Positions 48,920 through 63,768 of a DNA stretch of 64,000 bases are shown in pieces. The first letter of the stretch is position 1; each line of letters starts with the position of its first letter. A program made the translations under genes and the position numbers. This stretch comes from Lingula anatina (taxonomy: Eukaryota > Animalia > Brachiopoda): assembly GCA_051362555.1 (NCBI GenBank), contig CM120641.1, positions 6,820,001 through 6,884,000 on the forward strand, read 5' to 3'. Below the pieces are notes generated by a model. It saw only the letters and a program-made list of their open reading frames with translations. It was not told where the DNA came from and did not search any database.

Positions 48920-51900
48920 ATGCATTCTAATGGACACCCCTACCTAGTCGAAAGCCAGAGAAAGTTGGTCACACTGTATGAGAGTATGTATAATACCAGC
49001 AAAGAAAGATGCCCAGCAGCATTTGGACAGAAAAGGACATCCATGGTAGAAAACATATATGTAGCCAGCCCGATAGCACAGGTTGGCCATTTTTTTATAC
49101 ATATGCTGGACATAGCAGGTTTCTGAGAAGTCCATTTGAGAAAATATATATTTAAAGTTGCACAGTGTTATATTTTCCCACAAAAACTTTATGCAAAATC
49201 TCCTGGGGTAAATGTTATTTTTCTCTGACTTACTAATCTTTGACCCTCCTTTCCTAATGCTTGCCAGAACTCTGTCACATCCTGAGAAAATTAAAAAGTC
49301 TTAAAGTTTGACTACAGGATTCATCAGGAGGAACTTAATTTGATTTTAGCAACATGGCATTCACTGTTAAAATGTGATCAAAATTTACTTCTTGTGTTCA
49401 GATAAGTCAAGTATAAAATGGTTTATTTAACAAGGCTAACATGTTTAAGATATTAAAATTTGTTCTGAAAAGAAAGTAAAAGTAACCATTTTAATACTAT
49501 AAATATACCATATATCTTGTGAAAAAAACATGGTTTGAGCAGCAAAGTTTCACAGTAGATTAAACTTGTTCTTGCACTGGATTTCAGAGAAGAAACATTC
49601 AAAAAAAATAAATTACAACAATAATAAATAAATAAAAGAGGGGGAGATAATACAAGCCATCTACCTCATCAAGTCATTTCTATCACTGGGGTTAGATTTT
49701 ATCCATGTTAAAATTGCCTGTTTGAATGGGATTGTTGATAACACAACAGATGATTTCTATTTTAATTGTAAACCTTTTATTTATATGATTATTTTAAATC
49801 AGGAAATGGAGTAATTGTAGAAATATTTCATCCACAAAGCATATCTGGCATTATTTTTCAGCTGTATGCAGAAAAGTTGGCTCAGCCACCTCCTACTGTA
49901 ATATCTCCTGCACCTAGGATACTTAAGGTGCCTGTACCACAAAGCACTCCTCTGGTAAACACTCATAGGGCTGAGACACAGGTAGGAGGCTATGAGGTCA
50001 TCACAGTTTTCAAGGCTTGGAATTTTCTTTTTCTTTTTTGAAACACTCACTCCGTAATGCTACCAATTCACTGTTTTCCAAATTAAAAAAAATTTCAGTC
50101 ATTATTTGAGTATAGACAGGTTTGTTAAGTTATTGATTATTTCATTTTTCTATTCTCTTGGGTATCTTAAATGTTGGTACTTGTTGCCATTTTGGAGCCT
50201 AGATAGCAGTATTAAAAACATGGGTTCATTGTCTTAAATTGTTGGGTATTTACAGGGGGAAAGATGGAGTAGTAAGACAAGTTTTTACTTTCACCTAAGC
50301 AACATTTGATAGATATTAGTTAACCTTTGTATGCCTGTCATTATAACATCCCTTAGATGATATTACAACTACTCACAACTGTGTGTCCGTGTGAACAAGA
50401 CTGTAGTAGGAAGCTTATGTTGCTTATATAACTTAAATGTGGAATTTACAAAGTTTAACCAATTTATTTATTATTTTCAGGTGTTTATCAACAGACCACA
50501 CAGTATTGGAGCAGATCCTGCCAGTGTTACTACATATTATGATCCGAGCACAATTCAACCATCCTTAAACAGAAGTACATCTTTTGTTCACAGCGGCAGT
50601 GTCAGTGCCATCCCAGGTCCTTCACTTAACTCCTCTGGCAGCTCTGTGGGAGATTTCCATCAAGATTCCCATTCACATGAGTCTGTTTCACATTTCCGTG
50701 CACAATCTCACACAGTTTCATCACCTGTCTACCAGAATGCATATCTCCCAGACAGTTGTGATAGTGCAACCCCACCTGGATCCCCTAGAAAACATGTGCC
50801 ATTGAAAAGTCTGACCCCTGAGTTTGTGGCCATCAGGGATGAGCAGGTGGTTGTCTGTAGAATGCCAGACAGAAGAGATACCTCTCTGGATGTCAGTGCT
50901 GAAAATCACTATCCTGAATACACAAGTCCTTTGTCTTGTTACAGTAAAAGACCTTGCAGGTTGATTCAAGAGTTGGACAAAGTTAAAGAGTTGTCGAAAA
51001 ATGAAGAACTGGAGGGAAGAGAAAGCCCAGATGAAAGTGGTGTAAAAAAGGCTGGTAGTGGTCGATATTCTTATGAGAGTAGTAAAGTGAGTCAGGTCTC
51101 CCAAGCTGACAGACTGAATAATGTACACATGGACAGCGAGGTATTGGACCTTCAGGCACTTGGGGAAGGACCTGATATGTCTGATGGTATAGAAGACGAA
51201 ATTGATGAGCTTAAACCTTACACAGACGAAAATGGTGAAAGACAGTGCAGTTCTCCTGAGACTTTTGAGAGATTATCACTACATAAAGAGAGTTCAGAAA
51301 TAGAAGATATCGGTGCTGAAGATGTTTTACAATCTAAAAGCAGCACTTCTGTAAGGGACCCAAGTTGTGACAGACGTGAGGATGATGAGGCAGACACGAA
51401 AAGGACACAGAATGATGCTGACACCTTTTCCACCTCAGAGTCAGAAACTGATTTAAGTGACTCAGACAATGGTAAGTTGTATACTAGTAGTTACATACAT
51501 TTGCTTAACTAACTTTCTGGACTTGCTTTGAAAGCTAAAATTATGATAACATTGCTCCCTCTGCATGAGGCATTCATCTGACCAGTTGTGTTATGTGTTA
51601 ATTACACCATTGGAAGTCCAGAAAATTTGATATATATATCTTATCTCAACTAGATGACAATTGATCTCCATAAACTTAGGATGCTGTAGACCTATATATC
51701 ATGTTATATCTAAGGTTATGAAACAAAAACTCAGAACAGTTGCAGCTTGAAATCAGAACTACATTAATGTAGATTTCTCATTTGTTCTCCTCTACTTTTT
51801 TGATGAATTTAACATCCCTAGGTTTCATTGACTAGTAATTGGTGGGATTTTTTTTAAACACAGGTGGCACTTTTGAGGAAGATGCTAAGGAAGATATGGT

Positions 51901-54900
51901 GGATGAGGTTGATTTATTGACTGGACTTTCAGATTCAAATAAAAAAAAGACCACGTCCAGACGGTCTACGCCAGAAGTAGATATGGATACATATACAAAA
52001 AGGGACAGTGATTTTAAAGAGGAAACCTCAAAAAATCGATCTCAAATAAAAAGGATTAAGCAACCTTTTAGTAAAAAGCATGTTTCTCCAGTAGCAGAGA
52101 CTTATTCTGATACTGAGAGTCCTAAAAGACCTCAACAAAACTTGGCCCAGTCCCTCTCCCGGAAGAAGAGATCCAGTGCATCCTCTGAGATGAATATTGA
52201 CACTGATACGCCCAGCAGCAGGAACCAAGGCAACACAATCAAGAAGAATGCTGTGCAGCTTGATCACAAAAAAGCAAAGAAATCAGAGGCTGGGCATAAA
52301 TTTTGTATGTAATTGTGTCTGGAGAAAATTTTGCAATGCAATTTTCATTTGAATTATTTGTAATCCTGAATAGCAAATTTGATACCACAGTTTCATAAAC
52401 TCATTAACTTTATTAGTATTATATTGTTATTTTCAGTCTTGTGACTTTTCCTGGCTAATAAACTTGAATGATATTTTAGCACAAAAGAAGACGCAAGAAA
52501 CGCCTGCAGTGACACCACGTTCTTCAAGATCTAACACTCTGCATGAAACACCCACAACCTCCATGGTTTGTATAGTTATATGTGCCAGCTTTCATTTTGG
52601 ATAAAAATGAAGCTAATACCTCAAGCCTATCATCTTTCTGTTTTGCTTAAAAGTTACGCGAATTAGAAGAAAAAAAGTAAATAAAGAGTTTGAAGTTTGT
52701 TTTTGATTTACTTTAGGTAGTAGCACAGCAATAAGAGAATATAGAGCATTAAAGGGTATAGAAAAATACCATTATTTGCTCTTAAGTTATTGATGCTATT
52801 ATCTTAGTTCATATCAATTGGATATAACTAATTTATAGGTTACAATTGTATTTCACTCTTCAGCCAAAAGAGAAAGTAAAGGAGTACGTGCTCACCGAGT
52901 GGATCATCAGACCCATAAATTCCTGTAAAGGTGTATTTGTAGAAGGGAAAGTGGAGTAAGTGATGTGGCCTACACATGGTCCAGTGATAGACCTGTGTGA
53001 TTATGTAAATCTGCTTACTAAGGAAGAGATAAGGACTTGGAAAAACTTACATTACTTGTTGAGAAAATAATTTAGTTATTGATTTTATTGTTTTTGAGTC
53101 AGAACTTTAAAATGGTCAAAACAAAAATGAAAATGTTAAGTCCAAGTAGCATTAGAACAGACCAGAATATAGTTTCTAAATGCCTTTTGTAAACATAATC
53201 TAACAGGATACAACTTTATTAGCTGTAAAGGGAATAAGCATAACTTCTGTGTAGAGATGTTGAGAAGATTAATGAAGGTCTCATTGTGTGTGTTTTCAGA
53301 GGTAGAGAAGATGACTTTTGGCACAGCACTGCCATAGTAAAACGTTTGAGCAACTCTCGAGTTCAGTCCAACACTGGGTCCCAATATGTACTGGTGGGTC
53401 CCATAGACAGGGAATACACTCTGGATGCAGGTAGGCCGTTTCAAAAAAAAAAAAAAAAGTTTGGCATTTTGGGTTGGAATATTTGTTTTAAGTGTGTCAA
53501 CATATAATAGATTGATTAATGCAAGATTTATCTGGACACATAATGTTGCATTTTAATGTTTGTCTCCTTAAAAGATAGGATGATTATTTGCTAACAAAGG
53601 GCAAATGAATAACATGATATAGTTATGGGTTTGGCATGTGCGCCGCTCAAACCACTATTTATTTGGTAATTTTTTAATTTGAATGTTGAAATGGATTCAT
53701 TAACCATTGGTAAGTATGAGAACATTATGGTTTACCTCAGGAAAATCTGTTTTATGGCACTTTTCCTGCCAAAATGAGGAGTTATTATACCTTCAATAAA
53801 CTTATGTTGAGAAGACTAGTAGAGTGTAGTAAAAACTGAATTTTGTAGTTTGATGTAAAATATATTTCTGGTCTTGTTTGCTGCCTACAATCTTGGTTTT
53901 GACTTACCTTATCAGCTGTTGAAAAAGAGTCCCAAGGATAAAGAAATTATCAGCCTGAATATTAAATGCAATTAAAAGGTAGACTTTTGTGGCTAAGTTT
54001 TGTAATTTATTCTGTTTACAAAAGGATCAATCATAAGATTTTTGAAAATTGTCATGTCCAATGTTTTATCTGCTCTTGTGTTTGTAGGCTTCTCCCGGAA
54101 GACAGTGAATGCATTTAAAAAAGGTTTTCCCTCTGAGTGGAGAGAGGTGATCAGCAAGCACTTTGAAGAGGAAGACAGGTGTTTGAAGCTAACACACTGA
54201 TTTTGAACTCTTAATTATCAAATGATGTATAATTTTCATTTAAATCTATCAGTAAAAAGTTTTACTGGTTAATAGTTATACTTCTTATGTTCTTTATAGA
54301 TTATTGAGTATTGAATTTGAAGTTATAGAGCTCACTGCAAGACTAATAATTTTGTTGACAAAAATATGCTTTTTATTCTCATATGAGTGTGCTGAAGGTA
54401 ATTTTTGTTTTTTTTCTTCTTGTTTAGAAGCAAAAGTTCAAAGAAACCTGAAAAATTTCAAGAGATTCAGTCTACCCCAAAAAACAGCAAAAAAACCCAG
54501 AAAAACAAAAGTCATTCATTATTATCAGGTGAGTTATTATGAAACTTGTCATGGTAAGGTTAGGGTATTTACAGGTTGGAAGTAAAATTGAAATATTGAA
54601 AAAAATGTGCAATATTTCTTTGTATTAATAGAATTATTGACCTGACCAGAATAAAGCATTTTTTCTACTTACTAATATATTAATCATTATTTTAAGAATA
54701 CCAAATATGTTACTGACAGTTGTATTTGCAAATGTTATTATTTTATGAATTATACCTTTTCTTTGTCTGTAGATTCATCTGACATTAATGTCAAAGATTT
54801 GCCACGCACGCGCAGCGGACGTCGTGTGTTTCCTCAGTTAGCATGGTGGGCTTGTCAGCGCGTGAAGAGCTTCCCCCAGGCAGACTTAGACTTAGTGGAG

Positions 54901-57900
54901 GTCACGCCCCCTTCAGCTGCCATGAACACCAGTATCAGCAGTTCTAGACATGTGAACATTAAGACTGATGAAGTAAGTGGGTCATTTCTGTTGGCTGTTC
55001 AGATGGTCTCAGATTAAAAAAAAATTCCTGTCTTATGTAGGTCTTAGTAAAGGTCTTGTTGTTTTGACTATAAAAGTTGTTGAAGTCACAATCATAAGTA
55101 CATATAACTGTGCATGTGACAGTTCTTGTTGCTTATTACGTTCATTTAATTTTTTTCTTGATGCCAAATTAACAGGGAGATTCTGGAAAAGTTATGGTAA
55201 TTTGCAATTGGTTAACACTGACTTGAAATTATTGCAGAGATCTCTTAGATTAAAGGAGCTGATGAAGAAGAGATTGTTGGAAAAGGGGAAAAAACATAAA
55301 GAAGGTAACCACTTTTTATATTCTCTTAACTCACTCTCTCTCTCTCTCTCTCCCCCCTGACAGTTTTCATAAACTCTTTTGGGTACCAAATTACCAAACA
55401 CAACTTTTAAGTTTATTTTACCAAAGAAACTATTTGGAGGATGAGTTCTTTTGTACTTTTGATATCAAATTATTTCTTGAATGTGTCAATTTGCCATGAT
55501 TTATCATACATACTGTGAAGGCCTCTTATAACTCACTTTATGACTTAAATTATTGTTTATCTCAAATCTTTTGGAACTGATTTTGTTTAACATTGCCCAA
55601 TGTAAATCTTTGTATAATTGGAACTAATTTTCATATCCCATGTAGCGTTAGACTTATGCAGTCTGGCTTATATGTTCACCTCTTTGTGTAATATACTAGA
55701 TTCCCCTGTGTGTTTATTACAGATCCCAGTACTACAGTCAGCGACTCAGAAGAAAGCTTTTCCAGACTAGCTGATGTGGTGACAGATGAGGCGTCAGAGG
55801 GTTCAAGGAAGGTCAGAGGTCAAATCGTGGTCAAGGAAAAGAGCATGGATCAAGAGTCCCCAAAAAATGGAAATGTAAGGAAACAATTGAAAGAAAAAGA
55901 GGTTTCTATGGAAAAAAAATTATTAAAAGTGAAAGCTACAAAAAGCAGCACAGTAACAACAAAGGATAAAGACATTGATCTTGAAATGGTGTCTGATGCC
56001 GACACCATGTCCAGTGAAGTATTTACACCCAACAGGAAAAAACAAACTGACTATATACCCAGTGGTCAATCTTCTGCCAGTAGAAACATTGACATAGAGT
56101 CATATGATCTGCAGGCTGATATACTTGGAGTGCTGAATACAGAGAGAGCAAAGCGCTTCAAGCCTGATTCAGAGCAGAAGACTACTTGTTACAACAAAGC
56201 AGCAAAATTAGAAAAAAAGTTGGAAGGGACCAATAACAGCTGCAAGGGGCCCAGGGTGGTGCTAGTAGATTTAGCATCAGAGACATCAGCTTTTGATAAA
56301 AATCAAGATGAACACTTTTCTCCGAAAAGTTCAAATGGCCAAGCTGATCATGGTGATTATTCCAGTGTGTTAGATACATCAAATTCAACTTCTGGAACAC
56401 GTACCCCAAAGGATAATAATGTAAAGCAGTTTCACAGCAAGGAGAGTGACAACATGGAGGTCATTGAAATATCTTCTGAAACTGAGCCAGGGGGAAGGTG
56501 GGCATCTTTGAAAACTTCAAAGAGGAAAAACCAAGTGGGGCAGAGAGAACTCAAAGCACTACTGGGCACTTCTAAGAGCATAACACAAAATATAGCAGAG
56601 AGATCAACAAGACCAAACAAAGGTGCAGACTATACAATGTGTTTTGAAAATACTGATTATAATAGTGATGATTCTGATGCATGGACTCCTGATAAAGACA
56701 GTGGTTCAAATACGAAAAAACACTCACGCACAGGAAGTGAAGAAAAGACATTGTCAAAAAGAAGTGCTCCTGCTAAGGCTTGCAAGTCCAAAAGGCGCAC
56801 CAGGTCCAATGACTGGAACTGTGAGGAAAGGCAGTTTGACACTGCCACAAAAATACATGAGAGTAGAGCTCAGAAAAAAAATGGCAGTCATCGAGAGAGG
56901 CGGAACACCACACAAAGCAAAGCTTTCCCTTGTGAGGATGGTGATGCCAGTGAACAATGGAGTCAGAAGGAAATTAATTCTCTTCAGAGGTAAATGCTTT
57001 TTAAAGACTTCCCTGAGAATTGGGGGATCTACTAGATTGTGATCTTGGGGTCATTTCTTTAAAACTCAAATTGAAAAAAAAAAATTGGGATGAAATTGTA
57101 AGTCAATATGAGTCACTAATGGGGATTATTTTGGTCACAAAAATGTATCAGATATCCCCTTTTTTATGTACAGGAACTTAATGCATGATGTAGATGGGGA
57201 TTTTTCTTTTGTTGTAGTGTTAGTGTTTTGTGGTAAAAGTTGTTTTGCTTTTAGTTTTTAAGAGCATATCATCATGTATTTTTGCCCCCATGATTATTAG
57301 GCAAGGTTTTCATGCAGAAATTTTGGAGAGAGTATTGAAAATGCTAATATTACAGTAGTAGAAATACAATTAATTGGTATGCTGTATCATGCAGTATAGA
57401 AAAACATTTCAAATAGTCTGTTCTGAATTAAACCTTTTATGTTTTTTTACAGAGCTCTCCACACTGTCCACCCTAGCACTGATCTTTACTGGCACGTGAT
57501 TGCACAGAAAGTAGGGAGTCGTTCTGCCTCCCAGTGTCAACAGTTCCACCAGAAGGAGGTGCCAAGCACTGAGAAGTCACAGAAGAAAAAAAAGAGTAAG
57601 TTACACCATGTGTGTCACATTGCTATGCAGAAGCATTTGTTAAAGGGCTGCTCCAGACTATGTTGACTAAGGTGTCCAAACAATTCCTGGTTGTCACTGT
57701 GATATTTGTTATTTTTTAAAAGCTACATAGAAGCGAGCATAGATTACCTGGAAGGCATATAAACTACTTCTACTAGTTTCTAATACTACTAAAATAAAGT
57801 CAACATACCAAGTCATAAACCAAATGAAACTCGTGTTCAGCCAAAAATAGTTGTACCTTCTTCAAATTTCTGGTTGGAAATTGGCCTGTTTTTCCATCCC

Positions 57901-59689
57901 ACCTGTTCATAAAAGTCCACTAAATGATGAGGTTCTGCACATGCATTGTATAATCATCTTTTCAATGTTTGGATGTAGTAGTGCACGCAGTGGGTACTTA
58001 TTCAAATGAGGTGCTGAAAACTTTCCTTTGGTATTTCTCTGAGTGATACTATTTAAAACTATATAGTGGAATTTGTTGGGGTTTTGTGGCAGTAATTTGA
58101 CTTCAAATACATCTTTAATAATCACCATCACAATATCTTAGTATTATGTTCACATTTTATTCCAGATGATGTGAAGGAGCAACAGGTGGAACTGACTGGT
58201 AAAGTTGGCACTATGAAGAGAAAACGCCAACTTCGAGAATTAATACAGCAACATGAGCATGGATATGAGGATGATTTCTTCGACTCCACACCATTCAGAA
58301 AATCCAAAAAGGTTAAGGTAAGTGAAGAAAAAAAAGACACCTATCCTGCTTTGGTTGTTATAGTTAACCCATTGAGATTAAAAATTTAACCTTACCTTCC
58401 ATGTTTTTTCTTTTTAATTTCAGGTTACTGAATATCATCAATATCTTAAGGATCCTCCCATTTTTACTAGAAGAATAGCCACATTTGATTTTTGCTCTCT
58501 TTAATTAGTCATACGACAGTTATAGAGAATGTCATTGTTGTTCCAGTTGCCCACCCCAGGAGACAGCAGTGAAGAGGAAGATGAAACTAACGTAAGTGTA
58601 GGTGGCGCCAAGGGCAAGTTTTTCACTCCAGTGGTCAAGACTGGGAGACGTTGGGCACCGAGGTCGGAAAAGAAGACACCACATTCAACATTAGTCAGCC
58701 CAGGCTTGCTGAAATCTGTTAACAGGTATAAAAAATTAATTTAATAATTTTTTAATGCTCATTCTAATTTAAAATTGACATTCAAAACTTATTTTCACAT
58801 ATATTGATATATTTTTAAAATTTTATAATTTCCAATAAAAGATAATATAAGATAGAATTAGAGTGCATTAAGAATTTGATTGCATTAAAGTGCAACCTCT
58901 CTCTTCACTAATAAGAAATTTCATGTAGTCCTTTATACTGTGTTCTTGACCACTGTTTATTTTGTTTGACCTTAGGAATGAAGTAGATCAGTACATAAAC
59001 AAATTGAAGAGAGGAAAGAAAGGATTTTTGCTTCAGAAAACAGAGAGCAAACAGGAAAAAAAGGTATAATAAAATTTTTTTTGCATGTTTTGCTGCTGCA
59101 CTTCAGAATCTGTGGACATGAATGAATTGGAAGTGTTCACATTATTTGTGGTTGGTAAGACTAGCTTACATTTTGGTAAACTTGGTGTTGATTTCACTGC
59201 AGAATTGCTGTTAGCTGATAAATGGCAATTTTTATGATTATCTGAGACATAAGAAATGACAGCAAATGACCTGTAACATGTATATTTTAATTCAAATTTA
59301 TATTTTGTGCATTAAAAAAAGTTTTTAAGTGCACCTTTAAATTTCTGGTCATAAATTTGACATACCTATTTCCCATAAAGTCCCAAAGCTTAGAAAGCAA
59401 GTAAAAACATCTGTGTAATCAATCTCAGGAAATAATGAAATGAAACCCTGTGGCATTTCTTAAGGCAGTACTATTTGAAACCATATGGTCAGTTTAAATA
59501 TTTGTATAATATACCTCTTATTATGCATTATTCATAATCAATGCACATCTTTTTCTTCCATTCCAGCCTGTTAGAACTGCCACCACAACAATGCCTCAGT
59601 CGGACATTTTCCAGGTGAAAGAAGTTTCTGATGAAGACTCGGAGGAAGAAAAAGACTTTTATTATTCAGATGAAGAAGGGAACAATTAA
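48920..59689 (+). CDS. MIS18BP1: Mis18-binding protein 1 / KNL2 (CENP-A licensing factor)
   Basis: Exons 48920-49081, 49862-49981, 50481-51471, 51864-52304, 52480-52565, 52864-52955, 53300-53430, 54088-54178, 54428-~54528, ~54773-54972, 55238-55304, 55723-56989, 57453-57595, 58167-58317, 58547-58725, 58976-59063, 59567-59689. SANTA domain: LTEWII..GVFVEGK..FWHSTAIVKR..TGSQYVLVGPID..GFSRKTVNAFKKGFPSEW. CENP-C-like motif: RTRSGRRVFPQLAWW. SANT domain: WSQKEINSLQRA..YWHVIAQKVGSRSASQCQ. C-terminal motifs: GKVGTMKRKRQLRE..EDDFFDSTP and EEEKDFYYSD. Confidence 0.93.
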
Positions 59690-61238
59690 AGTCTTAATTT
59701 TTCTTTTATTTCACTTATTGGATACGTCATATTTCTGCATCCATGATTCAGTCTGGCCTCAATGTGCCAGCCCTTCTTTATAACAATGGGTAAACATGGT
59801 ATGCGGATTTGTACATAGTAGTTTATTATTGGTCTTCTGCCAAACTATAGGTAATACTGAATATTTAAACTACCAAAGGACTTTTTAAGTGAGATATGAA
59901 GGTGAAGCAGCCCTCAGAAGATTTGAAATTTCAGCTCCTGTTGAGAAGGACAGTTCGTTTAGATATTGATTTGATTTAGATGTCCCTCTGTGTTGGGGCA
60001 AATAAAATGTACAGAACTGTTTGTTGCACTCTTATTATGTTTCTGCACTTGGTTGTGCAATATTACACTTAAATATTTAAGTGTATCAGATTTTTTATCT
60101 TACCTTAGGTACATGAGAACTGTCTGCACATTTGAATAGTATTATAGAAGGGTACCTTGGCAAGTTGAGATGATAAAATAAGACTGAACTAATCTGATGT
60201 ATGGACTTTTTTTTTTGTAACACCAATAGCTGAACACGAACAACAGTTACTATTACCTCTCAAAAACAAAATTATTTCTTAAAATTTTCATAATGTATGT
60301 TATAACAATAGTGATGAGCATAGCTTATTTATATTTAATTTTTGTAAGGAGAATCTTTTTGAACCTTTGCCTGCATTGATCCCTACAGATAAATTGTCAT
60401 TGCCATTATCCCATTTTCCTACTATAGTTTCATCAGATTTGTTTTAAACTATCAGTGTTTGCAGTGTTATAAAAGAGTTGAGGTCTGGAAAGGTGTTCTT
60501 GCTTTGTAAAATTGACTGTTCTCACAATAAATGTTAAGGCAAATTAAATTTATGCTATGTCATTGTGTATCCGTTACATTTGTTCTCAACCTATGTAGTC
60601 CTTTCTTGCATGTCCTTGATCTTAAATCCAAACTGCAATTCCACACTCATCAAATTACATTCATCCATGTCTAACAATCTTCAACAAGGACAACTGATAG
60701 GATAATATTGAAAATTTTCTTATTTTAACACAAATTGCATTTGTTACAGCTGTTCATTGAAGAAAATGACTTAACTCTTAGTACGTAACACAGCTGATGA
60801 GATTCTTCTCTGATTTCAAGTTTTTACTTTTGTGAAATTTTCATTTCTCACAAATTGACATTTTCTAGGTGTGTTAAAAAATATTACAAATTAAAGAACT
60901 GACCGTTTTTTGAAGCTGTATGCACAATTCTTTTCACTTAAAAGCATCTGTCCATTGCACTAATTCTTTTAACTCCAATTCTGACCCAAAATTTATTGAG
61001 ACAAGACTAATTCTCATAGCATGTGCAAATGACAGTCAGTATTTAGTGTTGTATACCAAACTCCATATACCCATACACAACTTTTTATAACTACAAATGT
61101 GTGTAAAGCATATAATATCTGTGGTAACAGGTCAAATCCAGACACCCTGAATTCTTGGAGTTTACTGGAAACTAACCACTATCATCTACTAACTAACACA
61201 TCTCATCATTATTTGCAGCACTACATATTTATTCTGCA

Positions 61239-63149
61239 TCACCTCTGTGTCCCTGGAGCATACAAAGTCACAGACTCTGAATTCAGCCCTCCAGTCTTGG
61301 GGTCTGGGGTTCTGTATCCTTGCTGCAGTCGCACAGAGTTTTTCCCTGGAATAACCCCTGCCATGTTTCCACTCTGTGGAGTTTGTATAGGAGTTAGACT
61401 GTCTGTGGCAAAATCAGTTTTGTTAAAAGCTGAGGGAGGATTGCTACCATAGATGGCAGCACTAGTGCCTTGTGGCACCATGGGTGTGCTGGTGTAATAC
61501 TGTCCACTTTTATAAGGTGTAAATGGCTGAATTCCTGGGGGGACCATAGAACTGGTCTCTGACCCCAGGGGAAGTTTTACAGGTGGTGTTACACCTATTG
61601 TTGATAATGAAGATTCTGAATGAAACGGACTGTTGTGGATGATTTGATAGGCTGTGGGTCTGGTCCAATCATCTTTAAAGACTTGAACAGTTAAATCTGA
61701 GACTATGTTGGAAAGCCTGCTGGAAACATGTGCCAGTACTAACTGCTCTTGGGCATCACGTCTGATCCTTACATGGAGAGAACCAGCCTGATAAAAAAAA
61801 GGGAATTTCACTACAAATGGTTAACAAAATGGGAATTCCACTGCCCAAATGCACTGATAACAAGCAGTTCTTAGCTGGACTTGCAAATAATTTATTCTAG
61901 TTATTATTTCAGAAAACCTTTATCAAGTGGAGACTTGACCTTTATTCCATTTTCAAATATTTTGTAAAGAAAAATTACATTTACTACAAGAATTTTTGCT
62001 CTTATTTCTAAAGATCTGTTATTTACCAGTTTTCCAAATGACAAAGTCCAAAAATGTTCATTTCTGAACTCTAAAACCCCATCAAGAGTGGAGGCCTCTC
62101 TCAGGCATTTGTCCAGCTGACCAATCACATAGGTGGGGGTGGTCTGCAAACAAGTAAACAATAATATTCAAAGCAAAAACATGAAAAAGAAACCACGAGT
62201 TAAATATGATACATACGAAGACAAAATACTAAAGAATGTTCCCCATTCAATATTCCCATGTGTGTCTAGTATTCTGCTCTGTATCAGGCAGGGAGACCAT
62301 TAAGGGATTATACAACAGCGCTTCCAAGTGGGGTCGGCCATATTTGATCTGTGGACCAGTTAGTCTGCTGATCATCTGTTCTGAATGCAGTCTTAGTCTC
62401 ACCTGTAAAAGGATCATCCCACTGTAAACAGCCATGGGAAACATGGTGCCAAACGTCATCACTGAGATACACATAGCTGCCCAGGTGTCTGCAGCTTGGT
62501 AATTACTAAGGAGAACAAAATATAACCCTGCACATTAAGTTTATCTGGGTCCAGTTTCACCAACACTGGATAGGACCATCCTATGGATAACACTATACAT
62601 TGCATAAAATTGTTGTCCTCTAGACAGATACCCTGTTAATACTATTCCCAGGATAACTGTCTTATAAAATTGCTTAGCTGACTTTGGATGTTTAACTTTT
62701 TGATTAAATAAATTACAATTCTTGAAAGTTCACAACTGAAAATTTTAGTCTTACTTAACCAGTCTTAGTCTGATTTGAACCAAACAAATCTGTAATGTGC
62801 CAATTGAATGAAATATTGTTGTGCTAATTGAATGAAATATTGTTGCTGCTTCATAAGAAGAAACATGTGGCTACAGTTTTAATTCGCCAGCTTCTCTATT
62901 AATGCAGATTTATTTTAAATTGAAGCAGACCAAAATTTTAACCAAAAACTTGAGACTTACTTTCTGTCTACAGTGTTATTGTGAAACTGACCACAGAAGA
63001 TATATTACTAGTACAAGTATCTCACTTACTACATGTCTATGAGAACATAGGTGACAAAGAGAGCTGTGGCCCCAGCAAATGCTATCAGAGCGAAGGGGTT
63101 GATTCTAGGTAGCAACAGCCTGCTTAGTCCAGGGACCACCTTACAGAAT
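61239..63149 (-). CDS. SLC30A6: Zinc transporter 6 (ZnT6, CDF family), last four coding exons; 5' part lies beyond the window
   Basis: Exons 63149-63030, 62505-62403, 62143-62027, 61787-61239. Motifs: PGLSRLLLPRINPFALI, ADTWAAMCISVMTFGTMFPMAVYSGMILLQTTP, IGQLDKCLREASTLDGVLEFRNEHFWTLSFG, AGSLHVRIRRDAQEQLVLAHV..LTVQVFKDDW. Confidence 0.93.
62290..62380. mobile_element. MITE fragment related to the element at ~39390-39530
   Basis: gggatta..gcttccaagtggggtcggccatatttgatctg resembles gggattatgtggcaagctttcatgtgggtaggccatatttgatctg (39474-39519). Confidence 0.55.
62545..62996. mobile_element. TIR element (MITE) in an SLC30A6 intron
   Basis: ctgggtccagtttcaccaacactg ... cagtgttattgtgaaactgaccacag. 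Confidence 0.55.
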
Positions 63150-63768
63150 CTGAAAAACGAATTGAAATGAATCATTCAACCCAGGTTCCTCTCCACATGT
63201 CGCCACTCTTGAAGAAAGCTTATTTTTCACATTTTGACCTCAATTATAAAATAAAGATGCAAAATAGGTCATTTTGTCAATTTTGATGCAATAATAAATA
63301 ATGCTTATAATAGCACTGTCAGTCAACACTGAATTTTAATCATGCACAACAGGTAAAATGGTCAATAACATGAGCGGACCCAGAGATATTTTCTGACAGT
63401 ATTCCAAAGTATCTATTTTGATCCATCCTCCATTTTGATGGTCTTCCAACAGAAAAAAAAATAGATACCAGGCAATATAAACTTAATAACCTGACTGTCT
63501 TCCGGAAGTCCCAGAAGATGGTCTCAATCTACCCTTTCAATAAGATTACAGTTTCAGGACCATGAGAGTTCAAATTCACATGATGTAAGTCTCAATATTT
63601 GAAAAATGATGACAGTGCATAAAATAATATTACATAAGTAACATAATGTTTAAAGACATAAAAACAATACAACTGCTTATGTGGAAAAACAGAAATGTCA
63701 GAGTCTCAGGCGGATGAGAGTTGTCACAAATGCAAGTGTTTGAGAAAAAATTATAAAGGAAAACAACA

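Noticed and set aside
55176-55196. 21-nt micro-exon of MIS18BP1 (GDSGKVM)
   Set aside because: It would leave a ~41-nt intron; exon 55238-55304 alone keeps the frame.
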